Shown one piece after another: positions 1-12,749 of a stretch of DNA of 64,000 nt. Each line of letters opens with the position of its first letter. Within the stretch, counting starts at the first letter, position 1. The DNA is from Pavona decussata. Its lineage: Eukaryota. The DNA is taken from positions 1,116,001-1,180,000 of the forward strand of contig CDRNST010000198.1 of the NCBI GenBank assembly GCA_977016875.1, read 5' to 3'. Below the pieces are notes generated by a model. That model was not told the DNA's origin. It ran no database searches and was given only the letters and a program-made list of their open reading frames with translations. A program made the position numbers and the translations under genes.

Positions 1-600
1 AGTTCACGTTGAATCTCTGTTCGGAATGTCTCAATCGCCTCAGAAATTCGGATTTAGTTTTGAAGAGAAACGATGGTTTTCCGTGGCGAAACGTCACCTC
101 AAAAATTCGTAATACTGGAACACTAATTCCTTTTGTTTTCGGAACAAAAATATATCAGTCGTTTCAAGAGCGAAAAAAGGTCATCTGGCACTTTCGAAAA
201 ACAACAGCAGCTACGCTCGTAAATTCAAGGAAGATTTTGTTTGGTTTTGTTTGAAACTGTGTTAGCTTACAGTAAATAGATAAGCTTAAAGGAATATAAA
301 ACGATCTGGGAACTCAATGAAATGTTACCGTTGTCTGTCCCTGTTTCATTTCATGAAAAGCCAAAGTATCTTAACCCGGGTTAAGTTGGTTATTTACAAT
401 TGTACTTTGATACGTCAGGGCATACTATCTCACTTAAGAAAAAGGATCAAGTTTGAAAAATCCAGCACGATTTCAAGTAACCATTTGAGGTCTTACTGAT
501 GTACACTGCACTTCCTGTCGGTAACACCTCTGGTTAGACGTACAATAGATCTGCAATATTTACCGGCTTACAAACCACAACACCAGCAGCCTTGGCGACG
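1..600 (+). repeat. Duplicated upstream region shared with ~9487-10075 (upstream of copy 2)
   Basis: Near-identical sequence, e.g. agttcacgttgaatctctgttcggaatgtc ... gatgtacactgcacttcctgtcggtaac in both places. Confidence 0.9.
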
Positions 601-644
601 TTTAAGGCGACGTTTAAAGCAAATTTTAACGCTGATTTCCAATA

Positions 645-1068
645 ATGGTGAGATGCACTACTGTAATCTTAGCGCTTGGGATAATCGCTGTCGTTTTTAC
701 GCCTTCAAACGCCTGGCGTCGTCGTCGGAGGCGCAGACGTTGTTCCGCCACGCATTGTACAGTAAGCAGTTGGACTGGTTGGAGCTCGTGTACGCGACCT
801 TGCAGAGGAGGACTGACCACTCGTATGCGGCGAAAAAACTGTAACGGAATCTTGTGGAGGGGGATGTGCCTATCACCTAAGAGAAACAAGAAGATGCAAT
901 ACAAACTGCTGTCCTGTGAACTGTGTATATTCATGGAGTCCTTGGAGCAAGTGCTTGGGGTGTGGGATGTCAAGCCATTCTCGGACGCCAGTTATCCAAA
1001 GGCACAGTTCGTGTGGCGGAAAAGCCTGCCCTGCAAAACAGACCAAGGCTTGTAACACTGGCGTGTGA
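645..1068 (+). pseudogene. Secreted poly-Arg / 2x TSR (thrombospondin type-1) protein, copy 1, with one +1 frameshift
   Basis: Signal peptide, AWRRRRRRRR, then WTGWSSCTRPC. Removing one A from the A6 run at 833-838 (A5 in copy 3) restores ...KTVTESCGGGCAYHLRETRRCNTNCCPVNCVYSWSPWSKC...CGGKACPAKQTKACNTGV*, colinear with intact copy 2. The extra A could be a homopolymer sequencing error. Confidence 0.8.
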
Positions 1069-2101
1069 GTATCATTTGAGTTTTTCAGCTTGTTGTATAT
1101 TAGCATTTTGGGTTGAAATCTTAATGTTACTGTTTAACATGTAAGTGGATGTGATATTTATTTTTTGAATGTGACAAACATTTAACGTTCCGAGCCGATC
1201 GAAGAGCAATATTACAGAAAAGACGCGTAACTTGAGCACAATGTCTTTGTGAAACGAATTTTATCAACGGAGGAACGTGTTTCGTGTTGGTTTGTTGATA
1301 GGAGTTGTTGGCGATGATTTATGTGAGAGTTACCTGAATAGTTTGGGTGCTTTTTTGTCAAACTGAAGGGTTTTGATAAGGTTCTAACAGTCTTTCAGTC
1401 TTTCTTTGGCAATGGACGGAATTCTTCTTTTTTTTTTTCCAATAGAAATAATGCAATTTCTGCCGCTTGATATTTGAGTAAAATTTTGCGAGACGCGCAT
1501 TCTTTGAAAGACCATTAACTATTCGGTTTACTGAGGACATGAGGACGGTGACAGTGTCACGGTCTAATTGATCCCAGAATGTTAGAATACAAACCCCATT
1601 GCATACACAATGTGGTTTTCTTATCATCGACTGGAACGTGTACTCTCTGTTGACTCACTTCAACATTATTTTCTGAAATAATTTATGTATGGATAAAGTT
1701 CTTAAGTTAAGGACGTTCAGTTCCGATCAGCCTAAACCACAAAATTAAAAAGTCTACAAAACGAGTGTACCTTGCCTGCGCACAGGTGTGTTGGGCAATG
1801 TTGTTTGCACGATTGCCGGCAAAGTTTTGGCTTTAGGATAAAGTTCTGACGGTGATCACCTAAACCTTCCTCCCAGGTCACTGTTTGAGGGATGAGGGAA
1901 GAAGGGAGGTGTGCTCCCTTACGCTATACAACGTAATGAGGGGCCACGATTTCAATGGAGTCTTAATATTCTGGCAAGTTTCGGCTTAACAAAGTTCCTC
2001 GCACATCGAGGGGGCGCGCCCCCTCGATGTGGGAGACGGTAAACAAATTCAAACCAGAGCGGTCAGCGGTAGTTTTTCTCAGCTTTACATCTGCTGCAAT
2101 T

Positions 2102-2980
2102 ATGAATGAAGACCTGGATAACATGGATTCAAATGAAAGAAGGCCTACGCGTAAAAGACAACGTGATAATGGCTCTCAAACTGACGAGGAATCTATCGTG
2201 GACAGCGGCCATTGTTGCGACGCCTCGATGTACATGCAGAGAATGGAGGCCAAAATCGATCAACTTTTGGCCTTACTGCCCGAATTTGAAGCTCTGAAAA
2301 CCCGTTTAACAGAGGTAGAACCTGAAAACAAGGAATTGAGAAATGCGTTGGATTTTAATGGAAGAGAACTAGCTGAATTGAAAGCTACTGTGGCCTACAC
2401 GTGCTCCCAGATAGCAGTAAACCGAGAGGATGAAAAGAAGCTGAAGGCTGAAGTCCATAAGCAAAAATGCCGGAATATCAAATTGGAGGCGTACACACGT
2501 AGAGAGAATATAAAGATCTTCAACCTTCCGGAAATTAGAGGTGAGACACCCAGTCATACAGAAGAATTAGTAAGATCAATGTTTGAAGAAAAAATGAATA
2601 TCTCGAAAGAAGATGTAGATGACATCCAATTTGAGCGTGTCCACCGTTTGCCGACTCGCAAAAACTCCGTTAATCCTGCCAAGCCTCGACCAATAATTGC
2701 TAAATTCAGCTTTTACCAAGACAAACAGTTTGTTTGGTCTTCAGTCAAAAATTTGAAACATACTGGAATTGGACTTTCTAATGATTATCCCAAAGAAATA
2801 GATGACATTCATGGAAAGTTATACCCGGTTCTGAAAAATGCTAAGCGAGAGAAACAACAAGCCTTCTTCAAGGTTGACAAATTAATAATAAATGGTCAAG
2901 TTTACAGAGGAAAGGAAACAGAAAATCGTCCCTACTACGGTGAAATAATGAGCAGTGCTCACGCAGATGGAGAGCTGTAG
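2102..2980 (+). CDS. LINE ORF1p (coiled coil plus RRM-like domain)
   Basis: Heptad-rich segment followed by RRENIKIFNLPE, FERVHRL and PRPIIAKF motifs typical of L1-type ORF1. First ATG inside the element is at 2102. Confidence 0.85.
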   Translation: MNEDLDNMDSNERRPTRKRQRDNGSQTDEESIVDSGHCCDASMYMQRMEAKIDQLLALLPEFEALKTRLTEVEPENKELRNALDFNGRELAELKATVAYTCSQIAVNREDEKKLKAEVHKQKCRNIKLEAYTRRENIKIFNLPEIRGETPSHTEELVRSMFEEKMNISKEDVDDIQFERVHRLPTRKNSVNPAKPRPIIAKFSFYQDKQFVWSSVKNLKHTGIGLSNDYPKEIDDIHGKLYPVLKNAKREKQQAFFKVDKLIINGQVYRGKETENRPYYGEIMSSAHADGEL

Positions 2981-3306
2981 TGACTAAATGCGCGCCAGAT
3001 GTTTGATTTCTGTATCTGTGTCTATTTTTTTTGTATTTTACTCAGTTCGTTGAATTAGTGTCGTACCATTCTCGCTTTTGTTAGTTGTACTTATTTTTAG
3101 GTGGAGTCTGTTCTATCAAGTGTTCAGGTTTAGTTGCATCTGTGACGCTTTTTTTTTCGTATCTTATTTGTTTTTGATCTTTCAACGTCCCCTGTTCTAT
3201 GTTTTTGGATTTGCATTTACATTTACCACTTCGGATACTTCATTAGCACTTTTCCTTTTTTTTCCTTCTTCTGCGGTCTCATTAGTAACACCTTTGGGGT
3301 TATAAA

Positions 3307-6300
3307 ATGACTGAGGCGCTCAAATTACTATCGCTAAATGTAAGGGGCATAAGTAACTTTAAAAAAGAAGAACAATTTTTACTTGGTGCCGGAAACGCGC
3401 AGACATTTCTTTTCTGCAAGAAACCCATTCTACAGCAACAGTAGAAAATCAGTGGAAAAACGAATGGGGTGCAGAGCTCATTACTTGTCATGGCAGTTCA
3501 AATTCCTGTGGTGTTGCAATTCTAATTAAGAAAGATGTTGATTGTACTATACACCAAAAAATTTTTGACCCTTTGGGACGCTATATTGTTCTAAAAGCTG
3601 AAATCAAAGATAAGATGTATGTGCTCATAAATGTATACGCGCCAAACAAGGATAAAGATATTGTTGCCTTCCTCAACAAACTACTTATTACAGCACAAAA
3701 TGTGGATCTAGATTGTGAAAGTAACATCATTATTGGAGGCGATTTTAACTGCCCCCTAAATCCTGCTATTGATAAGAAAGGTGGCATTCTCATTGAACGA
3801 TAATCCGTGACATCCTGTATCGATTGCTTGAAAAGTGAACTTGATTTAGTAGATATTTGGAGAATTAAAAACCCAGATACTAGGAGCTTCACATGGAGTA
3901 AAAAATCTCCTCGAATCTTTTGTCGTCTTGACTATTGGTTAATTTCGAATAACTTAACCGATTCGGTACAACTGACGGATATAATTCCAGCAATTAGAAC
4001 AGATCATGATGCGATCTTTTTAGAGATTGGCGAAAATCTTGATCATGTGGGTAGAGGACCAAGTTACTGGAAGTTGAATTGCTCTTTACTAGACGATGAA
4101 GAATATATTAACAGTACAACCGAAATGATTCCAGTGTGGATTGCAGAAGGACGGGAAGAACTTTCCGACGATCGGTGTGTGTGGGACTGGGTTAAATATA
4201 ATATACGAGCTCATGCTATCCGTCACTCCAGTAGAAAGGCAAAGCAAAGAAAGGAAACGGAAACAAAACTCCAAAATGAACTAAACGTAACAAAGCAAGC
4301 TTTCGAAAGCAACCCTAGTGATTCTAATGCTACTTTGTTTGATGTTGCTCAGAAAGAACTAGAATATTTTTATGAAGAAAAAACCAAAGGAATCATTGTA
4401 CGCGCACGTGCTAGATGGCACGAATACGGCGAGAAGAGCACAAAGTACTTCTTAAATTTAGAAAAGAGAAATCATGTCAAGAAGCACATACGTAAATTGT
4501 ATGTAAACGACGAAATTAAAACAAATCCACTCTGCATACTAAATGAGGTAGAACAATTTTACTGCGACTTGTACAAGAGTAAAAACAATCGTCCGGATAT
4601 TGAAAATGAAATCGATTCCTTTTTAAATAATTTAAATATACGCAAACTCTCTGAAGAACAGAAAATCTCCTGTGAAAGTAAAATCACTTCAGAGGAATGT
4701 TTTCGTCTTCTTGATACCTTTCAAACTAACAAATCTCCAGGAAACGATGGAATTCCAATTGAATTTTATAAAAAATTCTGGCCTTTAATCAATGATTGCT
4801 TCATAAGGTGTGCAAATGAATGTTTTGAGAAAGGGGAGTTGTCCCATTCTCAAAAGCATGCGATTATCACGCTTATTGAGAAAAAACGAAAAGATCGTTC
4901 TCTTATTGAAAACTGGCGCCCCATTTCTCTTGTGAACGTTGATGCAAAAATACTGTCTAAGGTAATTGCATCGAGATTAAAAAATGTTTTGCCTTATATC
5001 ATTCATCATAATCAAACAGGGTATTTTAAAGATCGTTTCATAGGTGAAACCATCCGTTCCATCTATGACATTATGGATTGGACTGCCAACGAAAACATTC
5101 CCGGCTTAATGATCTTCATTGATTTCCAAAAGGCATTTGATAGCATTGAATGGGATTTCCTTTTTAAATGTATTGAAGCCTTCAATTTTGGTTCTGATTT
5201 TCTTCGCTGGGTAAAACTGTTCTACAACAACGTACAAAGCTGTATTATGAACAACGGCATAACTTCAAAATCCTCTCAACTTGAGCGAGGTGTCAGACAG
5301 GGTGATCCTCTTTCTCCCTATCTTTTCATTGTAGCGGTGGAAACGCTAGCTATTGGCATTCGTGAAAATCCAGCTATAAAGGGTATTACCATTGGGAAAG
5401 AAGAGACAAAATTGTTACAATACGCAGATGACACAACAGCAGTACTCGCTGACACCAACTCAGCCACGGTACTTTTTCAACTGCTGGATTTATTCAAAAT
5501 TATCTCAGGACTCGAGATCAATAGCACAAAAACCGAGGGTTTGTGGATTGGCTCTTCTAAAAGAAATAAAGCAAAACCGTTAGGCATTAAATGGCCAAAT
5601 GAGCCGATAAACGCCCTGGGGTGTATTTCACGTATGATCCAAAATTACTGAAAGAAAAGAATTTTATTGAGCGATTAGATAGCATTAAAAAACTTATTAA
5701 TATTTGGTCCTCAAGAGGTTTATCTGTCTATGGTAAGGTGACAATAATCAAATCCTTCCTTATTCCGAAGTTTGTTTATGTGTGCTCGGTACTACCTACA
5801 CCTAACGAATTAGTGAAACAATTGAATCAACTGTTATTTAAATTCCTTTGGAATGGCACGGATAAGGTAACACGCGTTTCGGTAATAAATGAATACGAGG
5901 AAGGTGGATTAAAAATGATCAATTTAGATTGCATGATAAAGTCCTTAAGGCTGGCATGGTTAAAGCGTATTTTTGAAGGTCAGAATGGAACGTGGAAAAC
6001 CTACCTACAGCACTTGCTAGAACCGATGGGAGGTTTTTTCTTCTTAAATTGTAACTATGATATTAAGGATTACAAAATCTCTTCTAAGTTTTATTGTGAA
6101 CTACTTTCTTGGTGGTCAGATTTTCGTGACTCTTTTGCCTCCCAGAGAGACTGGCAAAATGTTATTTGGAATAATAAAGAAATTCGCATTGACAAGAGAC
6201 CAGTTTTCTACAAAAATTATTTCATGGCAGGATTGATCTTTACTCAAGATCTACTTTTCAGTTTAAATATAGAAGACTCTTTTTGCCACTGGTCGCATAA

Positions 6301-7027
6301 GATTTCCAAAACTAACTTTTTGCAATGGGCTGGCCTTCGACATTCAATACCTTCTTCTTTAAAAATTACTTCTCCCTGTCCATCTACAGCCTCTCCATTA
6401 TTTTCAATTGATGACAACATCTTTGATGTCACAAAAAAGAAATCAAAGGACTATTACTCATTACTTGCACGCAAAAAAGCACGGCCTCCTAATATCGTTC
6501 GTAAATTGCAGAATGATTTTAATTTGTCGTTTGATCAGCTGAGAGAAATCTTCACTCTGCCACATTCTGTTGTGTTTGAATCATACGTGAAAGGTTTTCA
6601 GTTCAAAGTGATCAACTCTATTTTATACACAAATTCTAAATTATATAAAATAGGCTTCAAAACGGATGATCTGTGCTCGTTTTGCAAGGCAGAATCTGAA
6701 ACCTTACACCACCTTTTGTATCAGTGTCCCTTTGTTAGACAGTTTTGGAATGATTTTCAAGATTACTGGCACCAACTCTCAAATCAGCAAATTCGTCTTA
6801 CTCTTCAAGATGTTTTATTTGGAATTATAACTAAACCATGCCGTTTACTTAACCTACTGAATTATTTTATAATAATTGGGAAACTGTTTCTATGGGACTG
6901 CAGAAGAACCCAGATTCGACCCAAAATCCAAGGATTTCAAAGTAAAATAGTCATAAAATATGAAACCGAAAGAAAGATCAATAACACAAAATTCTTTAAG
7001 AAAAAGTGGGTACTAACCCCAGTTTAA
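3307..7027 (+). pseudogene. LINE ORF2p (APE endonuclease, reverse transcriptase, Cys-rich C-terminus), disrupted
   Basis: SLNVRGI, FLQETHS, NVYAPN, GGDFNC, RLDYWL, TDH; RT motifs WRPISL, DFQKAFD, GVRQGDPLSP, YADD; C-terminal CSFC..ETLHHLLYQC. Frameshift near 3395, in-frame stop at 3801-3803, frameshift near 5620. Confidence 0.93.
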
Positions 7028-7318
7028 TGTGAAGAATTACATTACACATAAACTTTTGTGTGGTATTTTCATTCATAAGTGCAACTGTAACCTATCGTAA
7101 GTCTCTTTTTTTTTTCTTACTTCGTTAGTAACAACTTTTAATTTAATTTTAATATTGCAACTATTGTGTAACTGTATATTGTAAGTGTTAGTAGAATTAT
7201 TTAAGTATTGTTTCTATTATGATAGTATTCGTAGTAAATTTGAGTGAATTGTAATTCATTGTAAGTCTAAAAAATAGTCATACCTTGTCAGTAGAAGAAT
7301 TTAATTTAATATTGTAAC

Positions 7319-7360
<42 letters not shown>

Positions 7361-10151
7361 TTTTTTGTAATTTAGGTTAGTATCTTAAGTTGGTATGGTT
7401 AGTATTGTAAGTAAAGTTTAGTATTCTATAGTTAATAAAAAAAAAATAAATAAATAAGAAAAAAAAAAAAAAAAAAACAAATTCAAACCGCATGACCGGC
7501 TCTCATTACAGGACATCGAGAAAACTCCTTGATCTGATTTTATTTAGACATGCATGTAACCACACTCTCATAGAAGATAAGATAACCCTACAATACAACG
7601 CCGACAGTTTGTAGAAATTATTCTTCATCAACATGCGCTACTAGCTAGTGCAACTAATGACACTTAAGGCCTTCATTTACTGTCGGCAAGCCTTGTAGAA
7701 AAAAATATGGGTGCGTTTAGCTGAACTTGTAACACTTCTGATCGGTAATACGCCCCGGAATGTTTCAAGATGTTTATAGGTAAGCTAGTAAGACATCACT
7801 CAAATTTGCAATCAAAGTAGCGAGTGTTTGTAAAGAAAACATTGATTGGTTCATTTCGCTTTACCAGTTTAATGAGCCGTGAAGGAAAGAGCGCTTGAAG
7901 ATCGAGAATTCACAAAAGTGACTAAAAAGGGTTTGAGTGCGAGGGGTTCACTCCACCAGAGAAAAAAATTGAAATACGATGGAGTGTCTCATAAATGATA
8001 GAGGTATATTTGTAGTCAGTGACGCATATAATATACACTTCTGCATTTGCCGGCACACGATACAGCATTAACTATCCCGGCGAGCTACGAAGAAAGTTGC
8101 TTACCTTATGTCTGAGAAATGTTTAAGTTTCCGACATTGCTTCCCTGATTCAGCTGTTACTTTTTCGGTAACCTGAGTAACAGGCCTTCCTAAGGGGAGG
8201 GGGGAAGAGGAGAAAAGGACATCTCTCCCCCTCCCTCCCCCCTCCCGAAAAACCGGATAATCAGCAGTGCTATTTAATGTACAATTACCTAGTCACGCTT
8301 CTCTGTGATCAGAAACGAGCTCTGAAATTTTTCATCATATTTATGGGACCTAGTGTAACATTTTTTTTAAGTTTAAACTTAAACTTGTAAGAAGATAACC
8401 TCGTTCCAAGGGTCTTACCTCTTCTTGTCCCCTGGAGCGAGAGAGAGACTCTCTCTCGCAATGCAATGCAATACAATGCAACGTGATGCAAGGCAATACA
8501 AACTACTTTTATTTAATAACCACGTTGCACCTAAGAGCTACAGGGACTATAGATGAACGTGGAACAAATCTAATAATAAAAATTACAAAAGAAAAACTAA
8601 CAAATATAAATATATGAATCAATATAAAAAAAATATATATTACTTAAGACTACATCCTAATTAAAAATACCTATATTTCTACCCAAAAATTTCTGTTCGC
8701 AGTAAAAATACCCACAATTTCCATTTACCGGCAGGCTTCCCATTGGAGCTTTTTCCCGCGCTGAATGCTTACATAGTCGGAACGTTAGCAAAGCGATGTT
8801 TCTGCTTTTCTTGCTCGTATTTATTCTTGTTGCATTTGCCTCTCTCGTACAGCATGATATCATAAAATCATTTTCTTACCTCTTTTGCTGAAACAATTGT
8901 CCATAATTCAGCGGTTCGCTGTCCTCATTTTAGTCTCGCCCAGAATTTCTAATGAAGGTAAGAACATGTATATGTACAAGTTTGCTATGCGGCAGAAAAA
9001 TTGTTGTGTTTGTAAGCGTATAATATCTCGCCAAGAAGTTCTGTTTGTGATTTCCATCTTCGCTTAACCCATCAATTGCATAATGAAAACATCATAAAAT
9101 CAACAACCAGCGATAAAGCTGTCAAATTGCTGTCTAAACACGATATTTCATCGGTTGGTTCATCTGGGGAAACTGATCGACCCTACTATCCATCTAGGGC
9201 TCTGTCAAAATAAATTGCTATTGTCATTCTTGACGTAACCATGGAAATTTGGCCAAGCTACAAAACCGCTTTCCTCAGGTAAATTTATTATACATTTTCT
9301 CGGGTAAAATTGGCTTCCTGTAACCACGGAGTTTTACACGTAGGTGTTCGCGCAGATGAAATCTGGTAATACACACAAGCCAATAAAGTTTAGTGTAACC
9401 TTAATTCGGTTAATTAGGTTTTATTCTTTCGACGCAATCCATGCACGTGATCAGCTGACACGAACCTGGCGACTTCAATCATTTCAGTTCACGTTGAATC
9501 TCTGTTCGGAATGTCTAAATCGCCTCAGAAATTCGGATTTAGTTCTGATGAGAAACGATGGTTTCCCGTGGCGAAACCTTACCTCAAAAATGCGTAATAT
9601 TGGAAAACTAATTCCTTTTGTTTTCGGAACAAAAATGTGTCGTTTCAAGAGCGAAAAAAGGTCAACTAGCATTTTCACAAAAACAACAGCAGCTACGCTC
9701 GTAAATTCGAGGAATGAGATTAACTTTTGTTTGTTTAAGTTTGAAACAGTGTTCGCTTAGAGTAAATCGATAAGCTTTTAAAAGAATATAAAACGATCTG
9801 GAAACTCAATGAAATGTTACCGTTGTCTGTCCCTGCTTCATTTCATGAAAAGCCACAGTATTTTGACCCGGGTTAAGCTGCACTTTGATACGTCCGGGCA
9901 GGCTAGCTCGCTTAACCTAGGATCAAGTTTAAAAAGACCTGCACGATTTTTAGTAACCATTTGAGCTCTTACTGATGTACACTGCACTTCCTGTCGGTAA
10001 CGCCTCTGGTTAGACGTACAATAGATCTGCGATATTTACCGGCGTACATACCATAACACTAGCGGCCTTGGTGACGAAGGAAGTTCGTTGAATTGTCGAA
10101 AAAGAGCAAAAAAGACACATTTGAATCGGATTTCAAAGCCACTTTCCAATA

Positions 10152-10571
10152 ATGGTGAGATGCGCTGCTATCATTTTAGGGCTTGCAACCGTATTCGTCG
10201 TCTTGACGCCTTCCAGCGCCTGGCGCCGTCGTCGTCGTAGTAGTTGTTACCCGAGGTATTGTAGAGTTAGCAGCTGGAGTATGTGGAGCCCGTGTAGTCA
10301 GTCTTGCGGTGGAGGAGTGACTGCTCGTACGCGGTGGAAAACTAGAAGGGAGTCTTGTGGGGGAGGATGTCCGTATCACCTAAGAGATACGAGAAGATGT
10401 AATACAAACTGCTGTCCTGTGAACTGTGTATATTCATGGAGACCTTGGAGCAAGTGCTCGGGATGTGGGATGTCAAGCCATTCTCGGACGCCAGTTATCT
10501 ATAGAAGCAGTTCGTGTGGTGGCAGAGCCTGCCCTGCAAAACAGACCAAGGCTTGTAACACTGGCGTGTGA
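10152..10571 (+). CDS. Secreted cationic protein: signal peptide, W-poly-Arg, two TSR (TSP1) domains; copy 2, intact (139 aa, possibly a first exon only)
   Basis: Hydrophobic N-terminus ending SSA|WRRRRR; WSMWSPCSQSCGGG..R.R; CCPVNC; WRPWSKC; CGGRACP..CNTGV. Confidence 0.88.
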   Translation: MVRCAAIILGLATVFVVLTPSSAWRRRRRSSCYPRYCRVSSWSMWSPCSQSCGGGVTARTRWKTRRESCGGGCPYHLRDTRRCNTNCCPVNCVYSWRPWSKCSGCGMSSHSRTPVIYRSSSCGGRACPAKQTKACNTGV

Positions 10572-10621
10572 GTATCTTTTGAGTTTGTTCAGATTTTGTC
10601 TTAAGTGTTCTGTATTGAAAT

Positions 10622-10796
10622 NNNNNNNNNNNNNNNNNNNNNNNNNNNNNNNNNNNNNNNNNNNNNNNNNNNNNNNNNNNNNNNNNNNNNNNNNNNNNNN
10701 NNNNNNNNNNNNNNNNNNNNNNNNNNNNNNNNNNNNNNNNNNNNNNNNNNNNNNNNNNNNNNNNNNNNNNNNNNNNNNNNNNNNNNNNNNNNNNNN
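10622..10796. other. Assembly gap
   Basis: Run of N. Confidence 1.
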
Positions 10797-12749
10797 TATT
10801 AAAAGTTCCGAGCCGATTAAACAGCATTTGTCATAGAAAATGCGCGCAAGTTGAGCTTTTACAATGTCTTTGTCTAATGAATTATATCCACGCAGTGGCG
10901 TAGAATGTTTCGTGTCGGTCTGTTGGTACGAGTTTGATTTGGGTGGAGTGGAAGTAGGTCCTTTCGTCAGCAGATTTCAATAAGGTTACGCAGCTGCAGT
11001 TTACCGTTACGTTCTTTCATTGTCATTCTTCGGCATCGAATTTGGTTTCTTCATATACAAACATGGTAAGTTGTATCCTGTTTGTAAAGGGTAGATTTTA
11101 CCGCGAATGAAGTGGTCTTTCCACTCTTTCTTTATTATACGAATGTCGAGGATGAATTGGCCGAAACGTTTTAAGAACGTCTCAAAAACATGCCCAGGCT
11201 GAGGATTGGTAAGGAAGTCTATAGTTTGCTATTTAGTTTGAAACGTGACAAGTTTCAAGGTCTAATAAATGTTTACGTATCGTCCAATTTAGCCCTAAAC
11301 CTCATAAACCTCATATAGCGACACATATTGCGTATTTTTTTTATCATCGGTTGGAACATGTACCAAATTATCCATTGAGTCACTTCCTCGTTATGTACTG
11401 AAATACTGTACCATCATGGTAAGTTAAGAACACTGTATTTAAAACCGTGAGAACGTTTTTCCGCATTGTTTGGTAAAATGCTGTGCCATGTCAGTTGACA
11501 CCACGCTGTTAAGCACGTTTTCACGCTCAAAATTCCAAAAACATGACGAAAGAAAGTTCAGTTGCTGCTCTGGCTCCACCTCATCAAAACCACAGAGTTT
11601 CTTTATGCGTTCTCATTAAGGAAGAGCATACCTAACCTTGCATGATCGCTGCGCTTTCGATGTTGTTAGCGCGAACGTAAAGTTCCTGAGCGAGAGTAAA
11701 GAAGCGGTTAACCACCGAACGCAGGCAAACGCAGGCCTTCGTGACACCCACAAATGCGGCCTGAATGTTCATCTAACTTTCCGACCTGCCATTTTTTTTT
11801 TCACACAGTGAAAAGGTTCATGCCTTGACACAGCCGCCCGCTTTATTTATGGCTTTTATAGTTTGTTTACAAAGCTGTCAAAAGTTCCCTGTGCAACTTG
11901 TGTCAGGAAACTGAAACCGTTTGGATAAATATATGTTTATGAGTTCTTGATCTCCCGCAATATCGCGATTACAAACATTGGGGCTCAAGTGCCTCCACGT
12001 ACAATCACTTGGTAAGGTTTTGGCGGGAGTAAGGAGTGAAGTTCCTTCACTCAAAGGTTTCGATCCAGATAACCATCGGAGCGTGCGCTTAAGGTCGTAT
12101 GGACTAGACGGTATGATCTGATTGGCTTACCAGCGGCCAGTCACCCGTCAGCGACTGCCGTCCGACCGTCAGACCGTTCAAAAAAGCTTCTTGTCTGATG
12201 TCTGATCAAAGGCATGTTAAAGTTTTCACAAATTTAATAGCACAGGCATCATTTTCTAAAACTTAACATCGCTTCTCTGTGTTGTCTTACTTCTTGGGAG
12301 CTCTCTAAAGCAGTCAGAGTAGAAACTAGACAACATTGCATATAAACGCTATTTGCGCGGACGTACTAAGACATTTTATTTAGCTTTGGTTTAGTGAATC
12401 GTGGTGCATACAAGGTCAGAAAAATACTGTTGTGGATCAAGCTAGTCGGTACACAGGAAGGATAGCTAGTGTAAACCTTGGTACGCTACATTCCTTCCCC
12501 GTTTAAATAACAAGCGGTAACACTATAAACATAATGCGAAAATAATTATGAGACATAGCAAACGGTCCTAAGGTGTTAGCGTTCCAGAGTGTCTCCGATA
12601 TTTTAACCCACTGTTTCATGTTAGCACAATGATCCAAGTAACAAGGAGTAAACTGTTATATTTAAGTCGTCACTGTTAGTGCCCTTGAAAGTTACATACA
12701 GCAGTTAATGAGTAAACTTGGTGCCTCTCTGTGGCTCTACAACTTGCTA

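Larger units (their letters stand above)
2056..7474 (+). mobile_element. Full-length L1/Tx1-type non-LTR retrotransposon (LINE)
   Basis: Two ORFs, an AT-rich 3' UTR with a (tat)n microsatellite, and a poly-A tail. 15-bp TSD aaacaaattcaaacc at 2041-2055 and 7475-7489. Empty site at 16402-16416. Confidence 0.95.

Noticed and set aside
8876-8910. Isolated exon-like segments on the minus strand (MDNCFSKR|gtaag here; MMKEDAPKRSIKT|gtaagt near 20650)
   Set aside because: No partner exons or recognisable homology found; cannot be distinguished from chance.
9344-9760. 138-aa ORF and its counterpart at 9-254
   Set aside because: Duplicated upstream DNA; the two copies differ by a frameshifting indel and show no protein motif.
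10426-10836. ORFs spanning N runs (also 23290-23667)
   Set aside because: Artefacts of assembly gaps.
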